64,000 nt of DNA, taken from the NCBI GenBank assembly GCA_039810885.1, contig JBDHXV010000007.1, positions 1,695 to 65,694 of the forward strand, given 5' to 3'. The notes beneath the pieces are model-generated. The model was not told the origin of the DNA. It saw only the letters and a list, made by a program, of their open reading frames with translations, and ran no database searches. The DNA comes from Chitinophagales bacterium. GTDB lineage: Bacteria; Bacteroidota; Bacteroidia; Chitinophagales; UBA10324. This document shows positions 43,898 through 54,060 of this stretch, piece after piece (position 1 is the stretch's first letter; every line of letters starts with the position of its first letter). Made by a program: the position numbers and the translations under genes.

Positions 43898-45012
43898 TTC
43901 GTGTATTGAATTACCTCAAGCGATTTTTGATATTGCTTACCGTAATGTGGATTACCGCATTAACGGCATCTGTGCTGGCTCAATATATTAATCCGCACTC
44001 TTTTTGGTATTTTTCTCCGGCAGGCTGGTTATTTCCGATTTTGTTTGTCGTTAACTTTTTTTTGCTTGGTTTTTGGATTCTTGTTCGCATTAAATACAGC
44101 TTGCTCCCGTTATCGGCATTACTCATTTCCTTGCCTTTGGTGCGTGATTTCGTTTCATTTGGTTTTAATAAATACAAACCCAATAAAGAAACGGAACACA
44201 TTCGTATCATGTCTTATAATGTAAGAAATTTTGATTTATATAACTGGAGCCACAACGAGCAATCCCGCAAAGGAATGCTTGCCATCATTGATAATGAAGA
44301 CCCCAATATCGTCTGCTTTCAAGAGTATTATACACAAGATACCGGGTTTTACAACAACACAGATTTACTTAAAACCAAAATTGGATTTGAGCAAACCCAC
44401 GTTGAAATAAATTATACGTTATACAAAACGCACCACTGGGGAATTGCTACGTTTACTAACTACCCGATAATTAACAAAGGGGTAGTAAAGTTTGATACAA
44501 AAACAAAAAATATTGCGATATATACCGACATTGCCACTCCTCTGGATACAGTTCGTGTATTTAACGTACATCTACAATCTTATCGATTGGGCAAACAAGA
44601 TTTCGATTATATCGATCGGCTACAACAAGGGGTTTCTATAGATAAAGAATCAAATAAACGTATTATACAAAAACTTAGGATAGCGTTTAGCATGCGTGCA
44701 GAACAGGTAAGAGCGATAAAGGAGTATATTAACAATTCACCGTATAGAGTGATTGTATGTGGCGATTTCAACGATACGCCTATATCTTATGCTTATGATC
44801 AGCTTACAAAAAAGTTAGAAGACAGCTTTTTAGAAGCCGGGTGGGGTATTGGACACACCTATATTAATCCCATTCCCCTATTTCGAATTGATTTTATACT
44901 AAAGGATCCTGCTTTTGTAGCGTATGATTATCGAATTACACATAAAGACTTTTCAGACCATTATCCGATAACGGTATCATTAAGAAAATCTAATGTGGCC
45001 ACTGATGATTGA
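43894..45012 (+). CDS. Membrane-anchored endonuclease/exonuclease/phosphatase (EEP) family protein
   Basis: Has N-terminal hydrophobic helices followed by an EEP fold (MSYNVRNF, CFQE, GDFND, SDHYPI). Overlaps rhomboid 2 by 4 nt. Confidence 0.8.
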   Translation: MIRVLNYLKRFLILLTVMWITALTASVLAQYINPHSFWYFSPAGWLFPILFVVNFFLLGFWILVRIKYSLLPLSALLISLPLVRDFVSFGFNKYKPNKETEHIRIMSYNVRNFDLYNWSHNEQSRKGMLAIIDNEDPNIVCFQEYYTQDTGFYNNTDLLKTKIGFEQTHVEINYTLYKTHHWGIATFTNYPIINKGVVKFDTKTKNIAIYTDIATPLDTVRVFNVHLQSYRLGKQDFDYIDRLQQGVSIDKESNKRIIQKLRIAFSMRAEQVRAIKEYINNSPYRVIVCGDFNDTPISYAYDQLTKKLEDSFLEAGWGIGHTYINPIPLFRIDFILKDPAFVAYDYRITHKDFSDHYPITVSLRKSNVATDD

Positions 45013-45055
45013 AGATGTAATAAGAAACAATCATTGAGTCAAATTATAAAAATCA

Positions 45056-46969
45056 TTATGCCATTTTTTTTAAAATCACAGCACACAAGGGCGGCAGGGA
45101 TAGAACAATTGAATTTGATTTACCCTGATAAGCCGTTTCAGTACTCGCAAACACCTTCTTTTTAAGATAACCACCCCCCCCCAATTTTTTATTATCGCTA
45201 TTAAACACAACCCGCCAATGACCGGGCTCTTCTACTCCCATTCGATAATCTTCTCGAGGTACAGGGGTTAAGTTGAGAATAACCCAAACGGAATCAATGC
45301 ACTCAAGCCCTTTTCTGCGATAAGCTAAAGTGCCACGCTCCCAATCAATAGAGTCTATCCATTCAAATCCGGTATAATCAAACTGCTTCTCATGTAGGGC
45401 TTTCTCTTTTCGATAAAGTTTATTTAATCCCTTAACCGTCTTTTGAATACCCTTATGCTTCTCATCCTCTAACAAATGCCAATCAAGGCTATGTTCATGA
45501 TTCCACTCTGCAAATTGAGCAAAATCATTTCCCATAAACAAAAGTTTGGCTCCGGGATGTGTAAACATATAAGCATAAACCAAGCGAAGGTTGGCAAACT
45601 TCTGCCACTCGTCACCAGGCATTTTATTTATCATAGATCCCTTGCCGTGTACAACCTCATCATGTGAAAAGGGAAGCATAAAATTTTCTGTAAAGGCATA
45701 AGTTAAGCTAAAGGTTAACTGATCATGATGAAATTTCCGGTACACAGGGTCTATAGCAAAATATTTTAAGGTGTCGTGCATCCAACCCATCATCCACTTC
45801 ATTCCAAAGCCCAATCCGCCGCTATGCGTGGGATGAGATACTCCGTTAAATGTGGTGCTCTCCTCCGCAATGGTTTGCACTTCCGGATAATGAGCATAAA
45901 CCGTTTCGTTAAATTCCTTTAATAAAGAAATTGCTTCAAGGTTCTCTCTTCCACCGGATTCATTCGGAATCCATTCTCCTTCATTACGGGAGTAGTCGAG
46001 ATAGAGCATAGACGCAACTGCATCAACACGAAGCCCATCAGCATGGTAACGATCTAACCAAAACAACGCATTGCTGATGATAAAACTACGCACTTCAAAA
46101 CGCCCATAGTTAAAAATATAACTCTTCCAATCCGGATGAAATCCCTTGCGGGCATCCTGATGTTCATATAAATAAGTGCCATCAAAACGATACAGCCCGT
46201 GTGCATCGCCGGGATAATGCGATGGAACCCAGTCGAGAATAACACCGATGCCCGCTTGGTGCAAGGCATCAATCAAATACATGAAATCTTGCGGAGATCC
46301 AAAACGCGAAGAAGGAGCATAGTAGCCTGTAATCTGATAACCCCACGAGGGTGCATAAGGATGTTCCATCACCGGCATGAATTCCACATGTGTATATCCC
46401 ATTTCTTTAACATAGGTAGTAAGGGAATGTGCCAGATGCTTATAGTCAAGAAACTTCTCAGGATGATGAGGGCTGCGCCGCCAAGAGCCGAGATGAACCT
46501 CATAAACCGAAATTGGAGATTGCAGCGTGTTGCGATTTGCGCGCCTCTTCATCCAACGTGCATCGTCCCATTTATATTTTAGGTCCCAAACAATCGATGC
46601 CGTCATTGGCGGTTGCTCCCAGAAAAAGGCGTAAGGATCGCCCTTATCAATAAGTTCATTTTGAGATGTGCGAATAGAATATTTATAGATAGATCCATTC
46701 CCGAGATGTGGTATAAAACACTCCCAAATTCCACTGCCATCCGGTCGCAACGACATTTTATTGATTTGGCTGTTCCAACTATTAAAATTGCCGACTACCG
46801 AAACCTCTTGAGCATTAGGTGCCCATACAGCAAAGAACACGCCTTTGATGTTTTGATGTTCTACAAGGTGAGATCCCAATTTTTCATAAAGCCTATAATG
46901 TTTACCTACTTTAAATAATTCAATATCGAAAGAAGTAAGTAAACTAAATGAAGACTCTTTATCCACCAT
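45056..46969 (-). CDS. glgB: 1,4-alpha-glucan branching enzyme
   Basis: GH13_9 pattern (DWVPSH, GLRVDAVASM, IAEEST, SHDEVVHGK). Length is 637 aa. Confidence 0.95.
   Translation of the reverse strand: MVDKESSFSLLTSFDIELFKVGKHYRLYEKLGSHLVEHQNIKGVFFAVWAPNAQEVSVVGNFNSWNSQINKMSLRPDGSGIWECFIPHLGNGSIYKYSIRTSQNELIDKGDPYAFFWEQPPMTASIVWDLKYKWDDARWMKRRANRNTLQSPISVYEVHLGSWRRSPHHPEKFLDYKHLAHSLTTYVKEMGYTHVEFMPVMEHPYAPSWGYQITGYYAPSSRFGSPQDFMYLIDALHQAGIGVILDWVPSHYPGDAHGLYRFDGTYLYEHQDARKGFHPDWKSYIFNYGRFEVRSFIISNALFWLDRYHADGLRVDAVASMLYLDYSRNEGEWIPNESGGRENLEAISLLKEFNETVYAHYPEVQTIAEESTTFNGVSHPTHSGGLGFGMKWMMGWMHDTLKYFAIDPVYRKFHHDQLTFSLTYAFTENFMLPFSHDEVVHGKGSMINKMPGDEWQKFANLRLVYAYMFTHPGAKLLFMGNDFAQFAEWNHEHSLDWHLLEDEKHKGIQKTVKGLNKLYRKEKALHEKQFDYTGFEWIDSIDWERGTLAYRRKGLECIDSVWVILNLTPVPREDYRMGVEEPGHWRVVFNSDNKKLGGGGYLKKKVFASTETAYQGKSNSIVLSLPPLCAVILKKMA
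45174..45182 (-). repeat. Homopolymeric G9 tract (C9 on the plus strand) inside glgB
   Basis: Read directly as aaaaaattgggggggggtgg, encoding KKLGGGG near codon 597 of 637. Confidence 0.9.
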
Positions 46970-47210
46970 AGTGTTTTTCGGTATTGTTTCTCATCAGCAT
47001 TAATAATAACAGTAAGGCCTGGTTTTCGGTTTATTATTTTTAAAAATAAATAGTATGATTTGCTGCGTTTTCAAATGGAATTACAAAGTAAACCCCGGCT
47101 TGTCAAATCTTAAAATTTTTGCACCCTATTATTATATCTGAAAGCAGGAGTATAGTGCATTCTATATAAAAAGTTGACAGAGACAAAAAATTGCTTCCTA
47201 ATTTTATCGA

Positions 47211-49526
47211 ATGAGTTATTTAGAAACGCTCAACGAAGCACAGCGCAACGCCGTGATAAACACGGATGGACCGATTATAATAGTTGCCGGCCCCGGCTCA
47301 GGTAAAACCAGAGTGCTGACTTATCGAATAGCGTATTTATTACAATATAAACGAGATGCAAATGACCGCCCCATTGATTCGTTTAGTGTACTAGCCCTCA
47401 CATTCACTAATAAGGCGGCAAAGGAAATGCGAGAGCGTGTGGAACACGTGGCCGGACTAGAAGCGCGCAATTTATATATCGGAACTTTTCACTCAGTATT
47501 TTCTCGCATTCTTCGATATGAAGCACAGCATATAGGCTATCCGCCTAATTTTTCTATTTACGATACGGACGATTCGCGTAATCTATTGAAATCAATTATC
47601 AAAGAATTAGCATTAAATACAACCTATTATAAGCCCAATGTAGTTCATAACAGAATATCGGTAGCAAAAAACAGCTTAATGTCTCCCGAAGAATATGCAA
47701 TGAACTTTAATCTACGTAACGAAGATGAGACTTCAGGAAAACCGAGGATGGCAGAAGTTTATAAAATATACAATGAACGATTATTCAGAGCCGGCGCCAT
47801 GGATTTCGATGATCTGCTAATGAAGATGTACGAACTATTGAATAAAGTGCCACAAGTGTTGCATCGCTATCAAAATCGGTTCAAATACATTCTTATTGAT
47901 GAGTTTCAAGACACAAATTTTGCACAATATGAGATTGTGAAAAAGTTGGCCGCCGTTCATGAAAACATTACGGTTGTTGGAGATGATGCACAAAGTATCT
48001 ATTCTTTTAGAGGGGCAACCATTGCGAATATTCTAAATTTTCGTAAAGACTTCCCCGACACAAAAGAGTACAAATTGGAGCAGAATTATCGCAGTACACA
48101 ACATATAGTAAAGGCAGCAAATACGATCATCGCAAAGAATCGAAATCAAATACCTAAACAAATCTGGACAGAAAACCCCGGCGGCGATAAGATTAAGGTG
48201 TACAAGGCACTATCGGATAATGATGAAGGAAAGATAGTTGCAGATTTGATTTTTGAAGAACGGATGCGCTCACAAAGACGCAATCGCGACTTTGCGATTC
48301 TTTACCGAACCAATGCACAGTCGAGAGCCTTTGAAGAGGCCTTACGCAGATTAAATATTCCTTATATAGTCTATGGTGGGCTTAGTTTCTATCAGCGCAA
48401 AGAAGTAAAAGATTTACTGGCTTACTTGAGGCTTGCCGTAAATCATTATGACGAAGAGGCGTTAAAAAGAATTATAAATTATCCCACACGTGGTATTGGA
48501 CAGAGCACATTAGACAGAGCCGCACTTGCCGCTAAAGAACACAACATTCGTTTGTGGGACGTATTGGAAAACGCCGGAACGTACATGCCCGATAATCGAT
48601 CGGCCCATGCGGTAAGAGATTTTGTGACAATGATTAAAACCTTTGCGTTAGAGTTACAAACTAAAAACGCATTTGACCTCGCCACACACATTGCAAGAGT
48701 TTCGGGATTGCATCAGGAGTTGCATAACGATAAAACAGTGGAAGGATTGAGTCGTTATGAGAACTTGCAGGAATTATTAAACGGAATCAGAGAATTCTCT
48801 GAAATGGAACAACCCGAAATAACGCCCGATGGTGAAGTGCTGGAAAGCATACAAACAGATAAATCTTTAGGACGATGGTTGCAAGAGATAACGCTCTTAA
48901 CGGATGCCGATAAAAATGATGGCGATGATGATAAGGTGAAACTGATGACTATTCATGCGGCAAAAGGCCTTGAATTCCCGCTCGTCTTTGTTGTTGGATT
49001 AGAAGAAAATTTATTTCCGAGTATGATGAGCCTTGATAGCAGGGATGATTTAGAAGAAGAGCGTCGTTTGTTTTACGTGGCAATAACACGTGCAAAAGAC
49101 AAGTTACAGTTGTCATTTGCTGTTTCAAGATTTAAATATGGCAACCTGATCTACTGTGAACCAAGTCGCTTTTTAAGAGAAATAAATCCGGATAACTTGG
49201 AATTTACCTTTTCACAATTATCGGAAACACGCCCTATACGAAAAGAAACACCTGTACGCAGCAGCATGAGCGCAATACCAAGAGAAACTATAAACACAAC
49301 ACACAAGCCAACAGATAACTTCGTTCCTGATGATGCTGCAACTATTCAATCGGGTATGGACGTGGAGCACCAGCGATTTGGCTTTGGTAAGGTTATGATG
49401 ATTGAAGGAGGAGCGTCTGATCGAATGGCAACTATCTTTTTTAAAAATGGTATCGGTAACAAAAAACTGATGCTTCGCTTTGCCAAATTGCGCATTGTAA
49501 ACAGAAATACCTTCTCATTGAATTAA
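47211..49526 (+). CDS. uvrD: ATP-dependent DNA helicase, UvrD/PcrA/Rep family
   Basis: Contains Walker A AGPGSGKT, DEFQDTN, QNYRST, and the C-terminal VAITRAK motif. Confidence 0.9.
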   Translation: MSYLETLNEAQRNAVINTDGPIIIVAGPGSGKTRVLTYRIAYLLQYKRDANDRPIDSFSVLALTFTNKAAKEMRERVEHVAGLEARNLYIGTFHSVFSRILRYEAQHIGYPPNFSIYDTDDSRNLLKSIIKELALNTTYYKPNVVHNRISVAKNSLMSPEEYAMNFNLRNEDETSGKPRMAEVYKIYNERLFRAGAMDFDDLLMKMYELLNKVPQVLHRYQNRFKYILIDEFQDTNFAQYEIVKKLAAVHENITVVGDDAQSIYSFRGATIANILNFRKDFPDTKEYKLEQNYRSTQHIVKAANTIIAKNRNQIPKQIWTENPGGDKIKVYKALSDNDEGKIVADLIFEERMRSQRRNRDFAILYRTNAQSRAFEEALRRLNIPYIVYGGLSFYQRKEVKDLLAYLRLAVNHYDEEALKRIINYPTRGIGQSTLDRAALAAKEHNIRLWDVLENAGTYMPDNRSAHAVRDFVTMIKTFALELQTKNAFDLATHIARVSGLHQELHNDKTVEGLSRYENLQELLNGIREFSEMEQPEITPDGEVLESIQTDKSLGRWLQEITLLTDADKNDGDDDKVKLMTIHAAKGLEFPLVFVVGLEENLFPSMMSLDSRDDLEEERRLFYVAITRAKDKLQLSFAVSRFKYGNLIYCEPSRFLREINPDNLEFTFSQLSETRPIRKETPVRSSMSAIPRETINTTHKPTDNFVPDDAATIQSGMDVEHQRFGFGKVMMIEGGASDRMATIFFKNGIGNKKLMLRFAKLRIVNRNTFSLN

Positions 49527-49555
49527 TCGTTGATGTATAGAGCCCCTTTTATGTA

Positions 49556-50251
49556 ATGAAAAAGTATTTTGCCGTTGTTGGGTTCTTGTTTGTTTTTATA
49601 GTGACTCCTCGGGAGAGTTTTTCACAACGTTTTGTTGTTGTATCGGGTGTTGTCGTGGATTCGTTGACGCAACAAGCCATGGACAAAGCCACATTAATTC
49701 GATTAAGCGACAATAGAACTTTTATCACAGATAAGAGTGGATCGTTTGAAATTAGATGTACAGAGAATGATGCTATCCGTATTTCCTATGTAGGCTACTT
49801 TACGATGCGTCTTGTTGTACGAAATATTCCCGACTCGATAATAGGATTAAAAAAGTTTACACGCATAGACATGCGACATGATATGAGCCAATTGCCGCTT
49901 ATTGTAATCAATGAGAATCCGCTAATGAAGAATAAGAAAGAAGACTCCATATACTATAAACATGCCTTGAAGCCTATGGAGGCCAGTGTCATGAATCCCA
50001 TCTCTTTCTTATATGCACAGTTCAGTAAGAGCGAAAAGGAAAAAGAGCGACTTAGTGAAATTCTTCAACAGAAATACCTTGATGACGTGTTAAACTATCG
50101 CCTACCCAGACAACTGTTATTGAATATTACGGGAGATAAAACTTTTACTATAGATAAACTAAAAGAACGTTGTAAGCCCAGCGACTTTTTTATCCTAAAT
50201 GCTTCTGATTATGAGTTGTATCAATGGGTAGAGCATTGTTTCTCGTACTAA
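49556..50251 (+). CDS. Hypothetical secreted protein with carboxypeptidase-regulatory-like N-terminal domain
   Basis: Signal peptide, then VSGVVVDSLTQQAMDKATLI...SGSFEI...ISYVGY, typical of the CarboxypepD_reg fold. Confidence 0.5.
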   Translation: MKKYFAVVGFLFVFIVTPRESFSQRFVVVSGVVVDSLTQQAMDKATLIRLSDNRTFITDKSGSFEIRCTENDAIRISYVGYFTMRLVVRNIPDSIIGLKKFTRIDMRHDMSQLPLIVINENPLMKNKKEDSIYYKHALKPMEASVMNPISFLYAQFSKSEKEKERLSEILQQKYLDDVLNYRLPRQLLLNITGDKTFTIDKLKERCKPSDFFILNASDYELYQWVEHCFSY

Positions 50252-50258
50252 GTATAAA

Positions 50259-51143
50259 TTACGAGCTCCTTCTCGAATCGCTTCCCCAGTTTAATTTGGT
50301 TGAGAGGGTTTGTAAAAAGCTATGATCGGGCAATCGAACAAGATTTAATACGTGGGGGCATTTCTTTATTGCAAGCAAGTAGGAAGAATCAATAGTTTCG
50401 ATGCGGGAATCAAGCGTGCACAGATAGTTTAGATTTCTACCTTCTACTTCAAAGGAAATTACAGAGTTATCTGGAACGATAAACGGACGCACATTTAGGT
50501 TATGAGGAGATATAGGTGTAATTACAAAATCGCTTGATGCGGGGGCAATAATCGGGCCGCCACAACTGAGCGAATATCCGGTAGAACCGGTTGCGGTAGA
50601 AACGATTAAACCATCTGCCCAATAGGAATTTAAAAACTCGCCATTTAAATAAGCATGAATCGTCAACATAGAAGAAGTATCCTTCTTAACTATTGTAAAC
50701 TCGTTTAACGCATAGTTCAGGTCACCAAATAGGGGCGGTGTAGATTCCAATAAAACCATTGTGCGCTTATCAATACTGAACGTACCATTATACAAGCAGT
50801 CGAGTGCATCATTAATCTCATTCTTACCCACATTAGCTAAAAACCCAAGTCGCCCGAGGTTAACACCCATCACGGGTATGTTATAGTGTCGAACGTAGGT
50901 TGCTGCATCAAGTAAAGTTCCGTCCCCGCCAAGGCTGATAAAGTAATTTGCTGTGTTGCTAATTTCTTCATGCATATTGAATAATAAAAACTCAGAGGGG
51001 ATTTCTATATACTGTTTCAGCTCATTGTAATAGCGTTCATGTATTTGTACATTAATTTTTCTATTGCGTAAAGCAAAAAGAAACTTTTGTACAAATGCTA
51101 CATCACGCACATGAATGGTTCTGCTATAGAGCGCAATATTCAT
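50259..51143 (-). CDS. nadK: NAD(+) kinase
   Basis: Contains the GGDGTLL motif and the ATGSTGYSLSCGGP block. Confidence 0.9.
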   Translation of the reverse strand: MNIALYSRTIHVRDVAFVQKFLFALRNRKINVQIHERYYNELKQYIEIPSEFLLFNMHEEISNTANYFISLGGDGTLLDAATYVRHYNIPVMGVNLGRLGFLANVGKNEINDALDCLYNGTFSIDKRTMVLLESTPPLFGDLNYALNEFTIVKKDTSSMLTIHAYLNGEFLNSYWADGLIVSTATGSTGYSLSCGGPIIAPASSDFVITPISPHNLNVRPFIVPDNSVISFEVEGRNLNYLCTLDSRIETIDSSYLLAIKKCPHVLNLVRLPDHSFLQTLSTKLNWGSDSRRSS

Positions 51144-51148
51144 AGAGT

Positions 51149-52591
51149 TTAAAATAACCCGGAAAGGTGTAAATATAGACCTTTTTCAAAGCGATGATTG
51201 ACGTTGTATTCTATACGCAAGCCCAAATCATATCCCGTGGTGATATCAATGCCTAATCCCGCACTACGCAACAAAGTGTTCGCAAGCGGATTGTCTGTAC
51301 GGCGTGTTTGATCTATGGCATACCCCGTTTCTATTAAAAATTTAGGATAGATATATATGGGGATATAAGAATTTAACTTTTGAAATGGAGTAATTAAGGG
51401 AAGCCTGAACCACCACAACTGGTATTTCAATTGTGTTTTAAGTATTCCATAAGACTGTGCATCTATCACGTAGTATTCGTATCCGGCAACATAATCATTC
51501 TTGTATCCCAACCCACGTTGATTATAATAGGGTTGAAAAACAGGAAAAGAAATCTTTGAACGAAATATCGCAGAAGCGTACCACTTCTTATGGAGGAACA
51601 TATATTTAGCATAAACGAGATAGAACGCAGTTATATCCGCATTACTTAGGAGACGCCCAGTGCCTGTTTTGTTTATGGTAAACTCAACGTAAGAACCTTT
51701 TAATGGATAAGTTGCCCAATCACGGTGATCATTAATAATAGAGTAGCGAATTGCAAGATATTGTTGTGTTTTGGATGAATCAAAATAAAACGAGTTTAAC
51801 CTATATATCGTATCACTGATGGATGCATGATTATATCCAAGAGAAAAAATTTGTCTTAAATGAATATGAGGCTTAAAAGTAAAATCAACATCAGCACCCC
51901 AACTGTTTCGTAGATATTGGTTGTCTTCCCAAAAAAATTGCTCGTTATTTTCGCTGTTGTAATACTGTAAGGTTCTGTTTCGAGTGGCATAAGCCCGAGC
52001 TTTAAGCCCGAAGTTCATCTGCTTATTAATGAAAGGCATACTATATCCGACTTCAACACGCTGCGCAAACCCTCCAAGTAGAGTAATAAAAAGATCCTCA
52101 TCGCGCCCTCGAACATTTTGTTGTAAGAAATGACCGCCATATTGCACGCGCCGCAAGTCGGCTTTATGCGTTACCCACCAAGTATTAAAATTTCTATCAT
52201 AAATATCAAACGATGCCATAGGAAGGGTGTACCAGCGCTCTTTTACCGTGATATAAACATCGATATCATTTTTATACCAATTCTTTATATTGAACTGCAC
52301 ATCAATAAAAAGTTGAAGGTTATTTAGATTGCTCTTATTCTCTTCAAATATTGAGTTGAGTAGTTTTAATGAAATTGAATCTCCCGGGGCAAACGTTAAA
52401 TGACGCAGGATAATGAAATCTTTCGTCCTTTTATTCCCTTCAATTACGATGTTGCGTATATAAAGAGATATTGGCTTATACATTACGGTGCTGTCCATGC
52501 TCTGGGCAAGAGCATTTTTTGAAATCCAACAAGCGATTATAAAAATTACACCTGATAGAGATAACGTGAGTCGAGAAGTGGCCCTAAACAT
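51149..52591 (-). CDS. BamA/TamA-like outer-membrane beta-barrel protein with one POTRA-like domain
   Basis: Has a signal peptide and the POTRA-like NIVIEGNKRTKDFIILRHLTFAPGDSI. The remainder is aromatic-rich with alternating residues and ends in ...LSGLF (C-terminal Phe). Confidence 0.55.
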   Translation of the reverse strand: MFRATSRLTLSLSGVIFIIACWISKNALAQSMDSTVMYKPISLYIRNIVIEGNKRTKDFIILRHLTFAPGDSISLKLLNSIFEENKSNLNNLQLFIDVQFNIKNWYKNDIDVYITVKERWYTLPMASFDIYDRNFNTWWVTHKADLRRVQYGGHFLQQNVRGRDEDLFITLLGGFAQRVEVGYSMPFINKQMNFGLKARAYATRNRTLQYYNSENNEQFFWEDNQYLRNSWGADVDFTFKPHIHLRQIFSLGYNHASISDTIYRLNSFYFDSSKTQQYLAIRYSIINDHRDWATYPLKGSYVEFTINKTGTGRLLSNADITAFYLVYAKYMFLHKKWYASAIFRSKISFPVFQPYYNQRGLGYKNDYVAGYEYYVIDAQSYGILKTQLKYQLWWFRLPLITPFQKLNSYIPIYIYPKFLIETGYAIDQTRRTDNPLANTLLRSAGLGIDITTGYDLGLRIEYNVNHRFEKGLYLHLSGLF

Positions 52592-53246
52592 TTAAATAGG
52601 TCATCAATGCATCGTAGCGATCTTTCAAGTCGTCATAAAATTCGGGCTCTTGATACGAATCGCTGATTTTATATTTATAACGCTCCAAGGTTTGAATAAC
52701 GGGTTGAACGTTAGGGATATTGATTTTAATGGTGAGTCGTATTACGCTGCTATCGCTATTGGTGGAAGCAAAAGCACAAAGTATTTTTGCCTGATTGCTT
52801 TCAACATGCCGTGAAACGTCAGATAAAGAATAATCATTTACGGGAATTTCTAATTCTATGATTCCTCCGGGTTCGCAAATGTCGGTATGTGTTGTTAAGT
52901 AGGATAGCAGGCTGTCTGATGATATACTCCCCATATAATTGTTGTCTTTATCAACAATAGGAATAATGCGAAGTTTCAAGGTCGTCGCCACTTTCAAAAC
53001 CTCAAACACATGCTCATAATCGTGAATAAAAGGCGTGAGTAGTTTAAGCTTTAATGCGCCTAAGGCACTCTCCTGTTTATTTACATTTAATAACTCTTCC
53101 TCGAATACTAATCCAAGCAGTTGTCTTCCATTAAGAACAGGCAACTGCGTAAGATGATATTCGTTCATAATCTTCAACGCAGTAGCACACGTGTCGGATG
53201 GCTTTATGGTTGGAATAGAATGTACGATTAATTCAGAGGCTTTCAT
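52584..53246 (-). CDS. CBS domain-containing protein
   Basis: Two CBS-like repeats (LTQLPVLNGRQLLGLV; IIPIVDKDNNYMGSIS). Confidence 0.7.
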   Translation of the reverse strand: MKASELIVHSIPTIKPSDTCATALKIMNEYHLTQLPVLNGRQLLGLVFEEELLNVNKQESALGALKLKLLTPFIHDYEHVFEVLKVATTLKLRIIPIVDKDNNYMGSISSDSLLSYLTTHTDICEPGGIIELEIPVNDYSLSDVSRHVESNQAKILCAFASTNSDSSVIRLTIKINIPNVQPVIQTLERYKYKISDSYQEPEFYDDLKDRYDALMTYLNV

Positions 53247-53251
53247 TAAAC

Positions 53252-54019
53252 TTAATACTGAAACGCAGTTTTGTCTAGAAAGTTTTGCAACAGACGGTTA
53301 AATTCTTCGGGCTTTTCCATCATAGGAGCATGCCCGCACTCTTCCATCCAAACCAACGTAGAGTTTTTTATGAGTTTATGAAAGTCTTCCGCAACAAATG
53401 GCGGAGTTATCTTGTCTTCTTTACCCCAGATTAAAAGCACAGGGCAGTCAATTTGAGGTAATCGGTCGGCAAGGTTTTCGCGCATGGCTGATTTTGCCGT
53501 ACTGATTACGCGCAGCACTTTGTTTCTGTTGTTAACAATGTCAAAAACTTCATCTACCAACTCCTTTGTAGCAGTCTCCGGCTTATAAAAAGTATATTCT
53601 GTACGTTGTTTTATATATTCATAATCTCCGCGCTTGGGAAATGAACCTCCAAATGCACGCTCAAATAACCCACTGCTGCCGGTAAGCACCATCGCTTTCA
53701 CCTTTTCCGGATTTTCTAAACAATAGATTTGAGCTACGTGGCCGCCAAGCGAGTTGCCTATGATAATCATATTGTCTAACTGCTTGTGTTCAACAAAACG
53801 ACGAACAAATTTTACCAAGCCACCAACAGTTGATTCTAACAATCCCAGTTCAAAGATGGGTAATAAGGGAATAATGACGCGATAGTTGGATTTAAAGTCA
53901 TTCAATATATATTGATAGTTACTTAATGCACCAAATAAGCCGTGTAACAGCAAAAGAGGTTCTCCTTTTCCTTCATCAATAAACTTAAATTCTTTTTCTT
54001 GCTTGATATCAAACTGCAT
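53252..54019 (-). CDS. Alpha/beta hydrolase
   Basis: Contains HG oxyanion LLLLHGLFG, nucleophile elbow GNSLGG and C-terminal CGHAPMME. Confidence 0.8.
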   Translation of the reverse strand: MQFDIKQEKEFKFIDEGKGEPLLLLHGLFGALSNYQYILNDFKSNYRVIIPLLPIFELGLLESTVGGLVKFVRRFVEHKQLDNMIIIGNSLGGHVAQIYCLENPEKVKAMVLTGSSGLFERAFGGSFPKRGDYEYIKQRTEYTFYKPETATKELVDEVFDIVNNRNKVLRVISTAKSAMRENLADRLPQIDCPVLLIWGKEDKITPPFVAEDFHKLIKNSTLVWMEECGHAPMMEKPEEFNRLLQNFLDKTAFQY

Positions 54020-54060
54020 GTTAAGGTCTCGTTGTGGCTAAAATAAAGCAATTATTCTTT

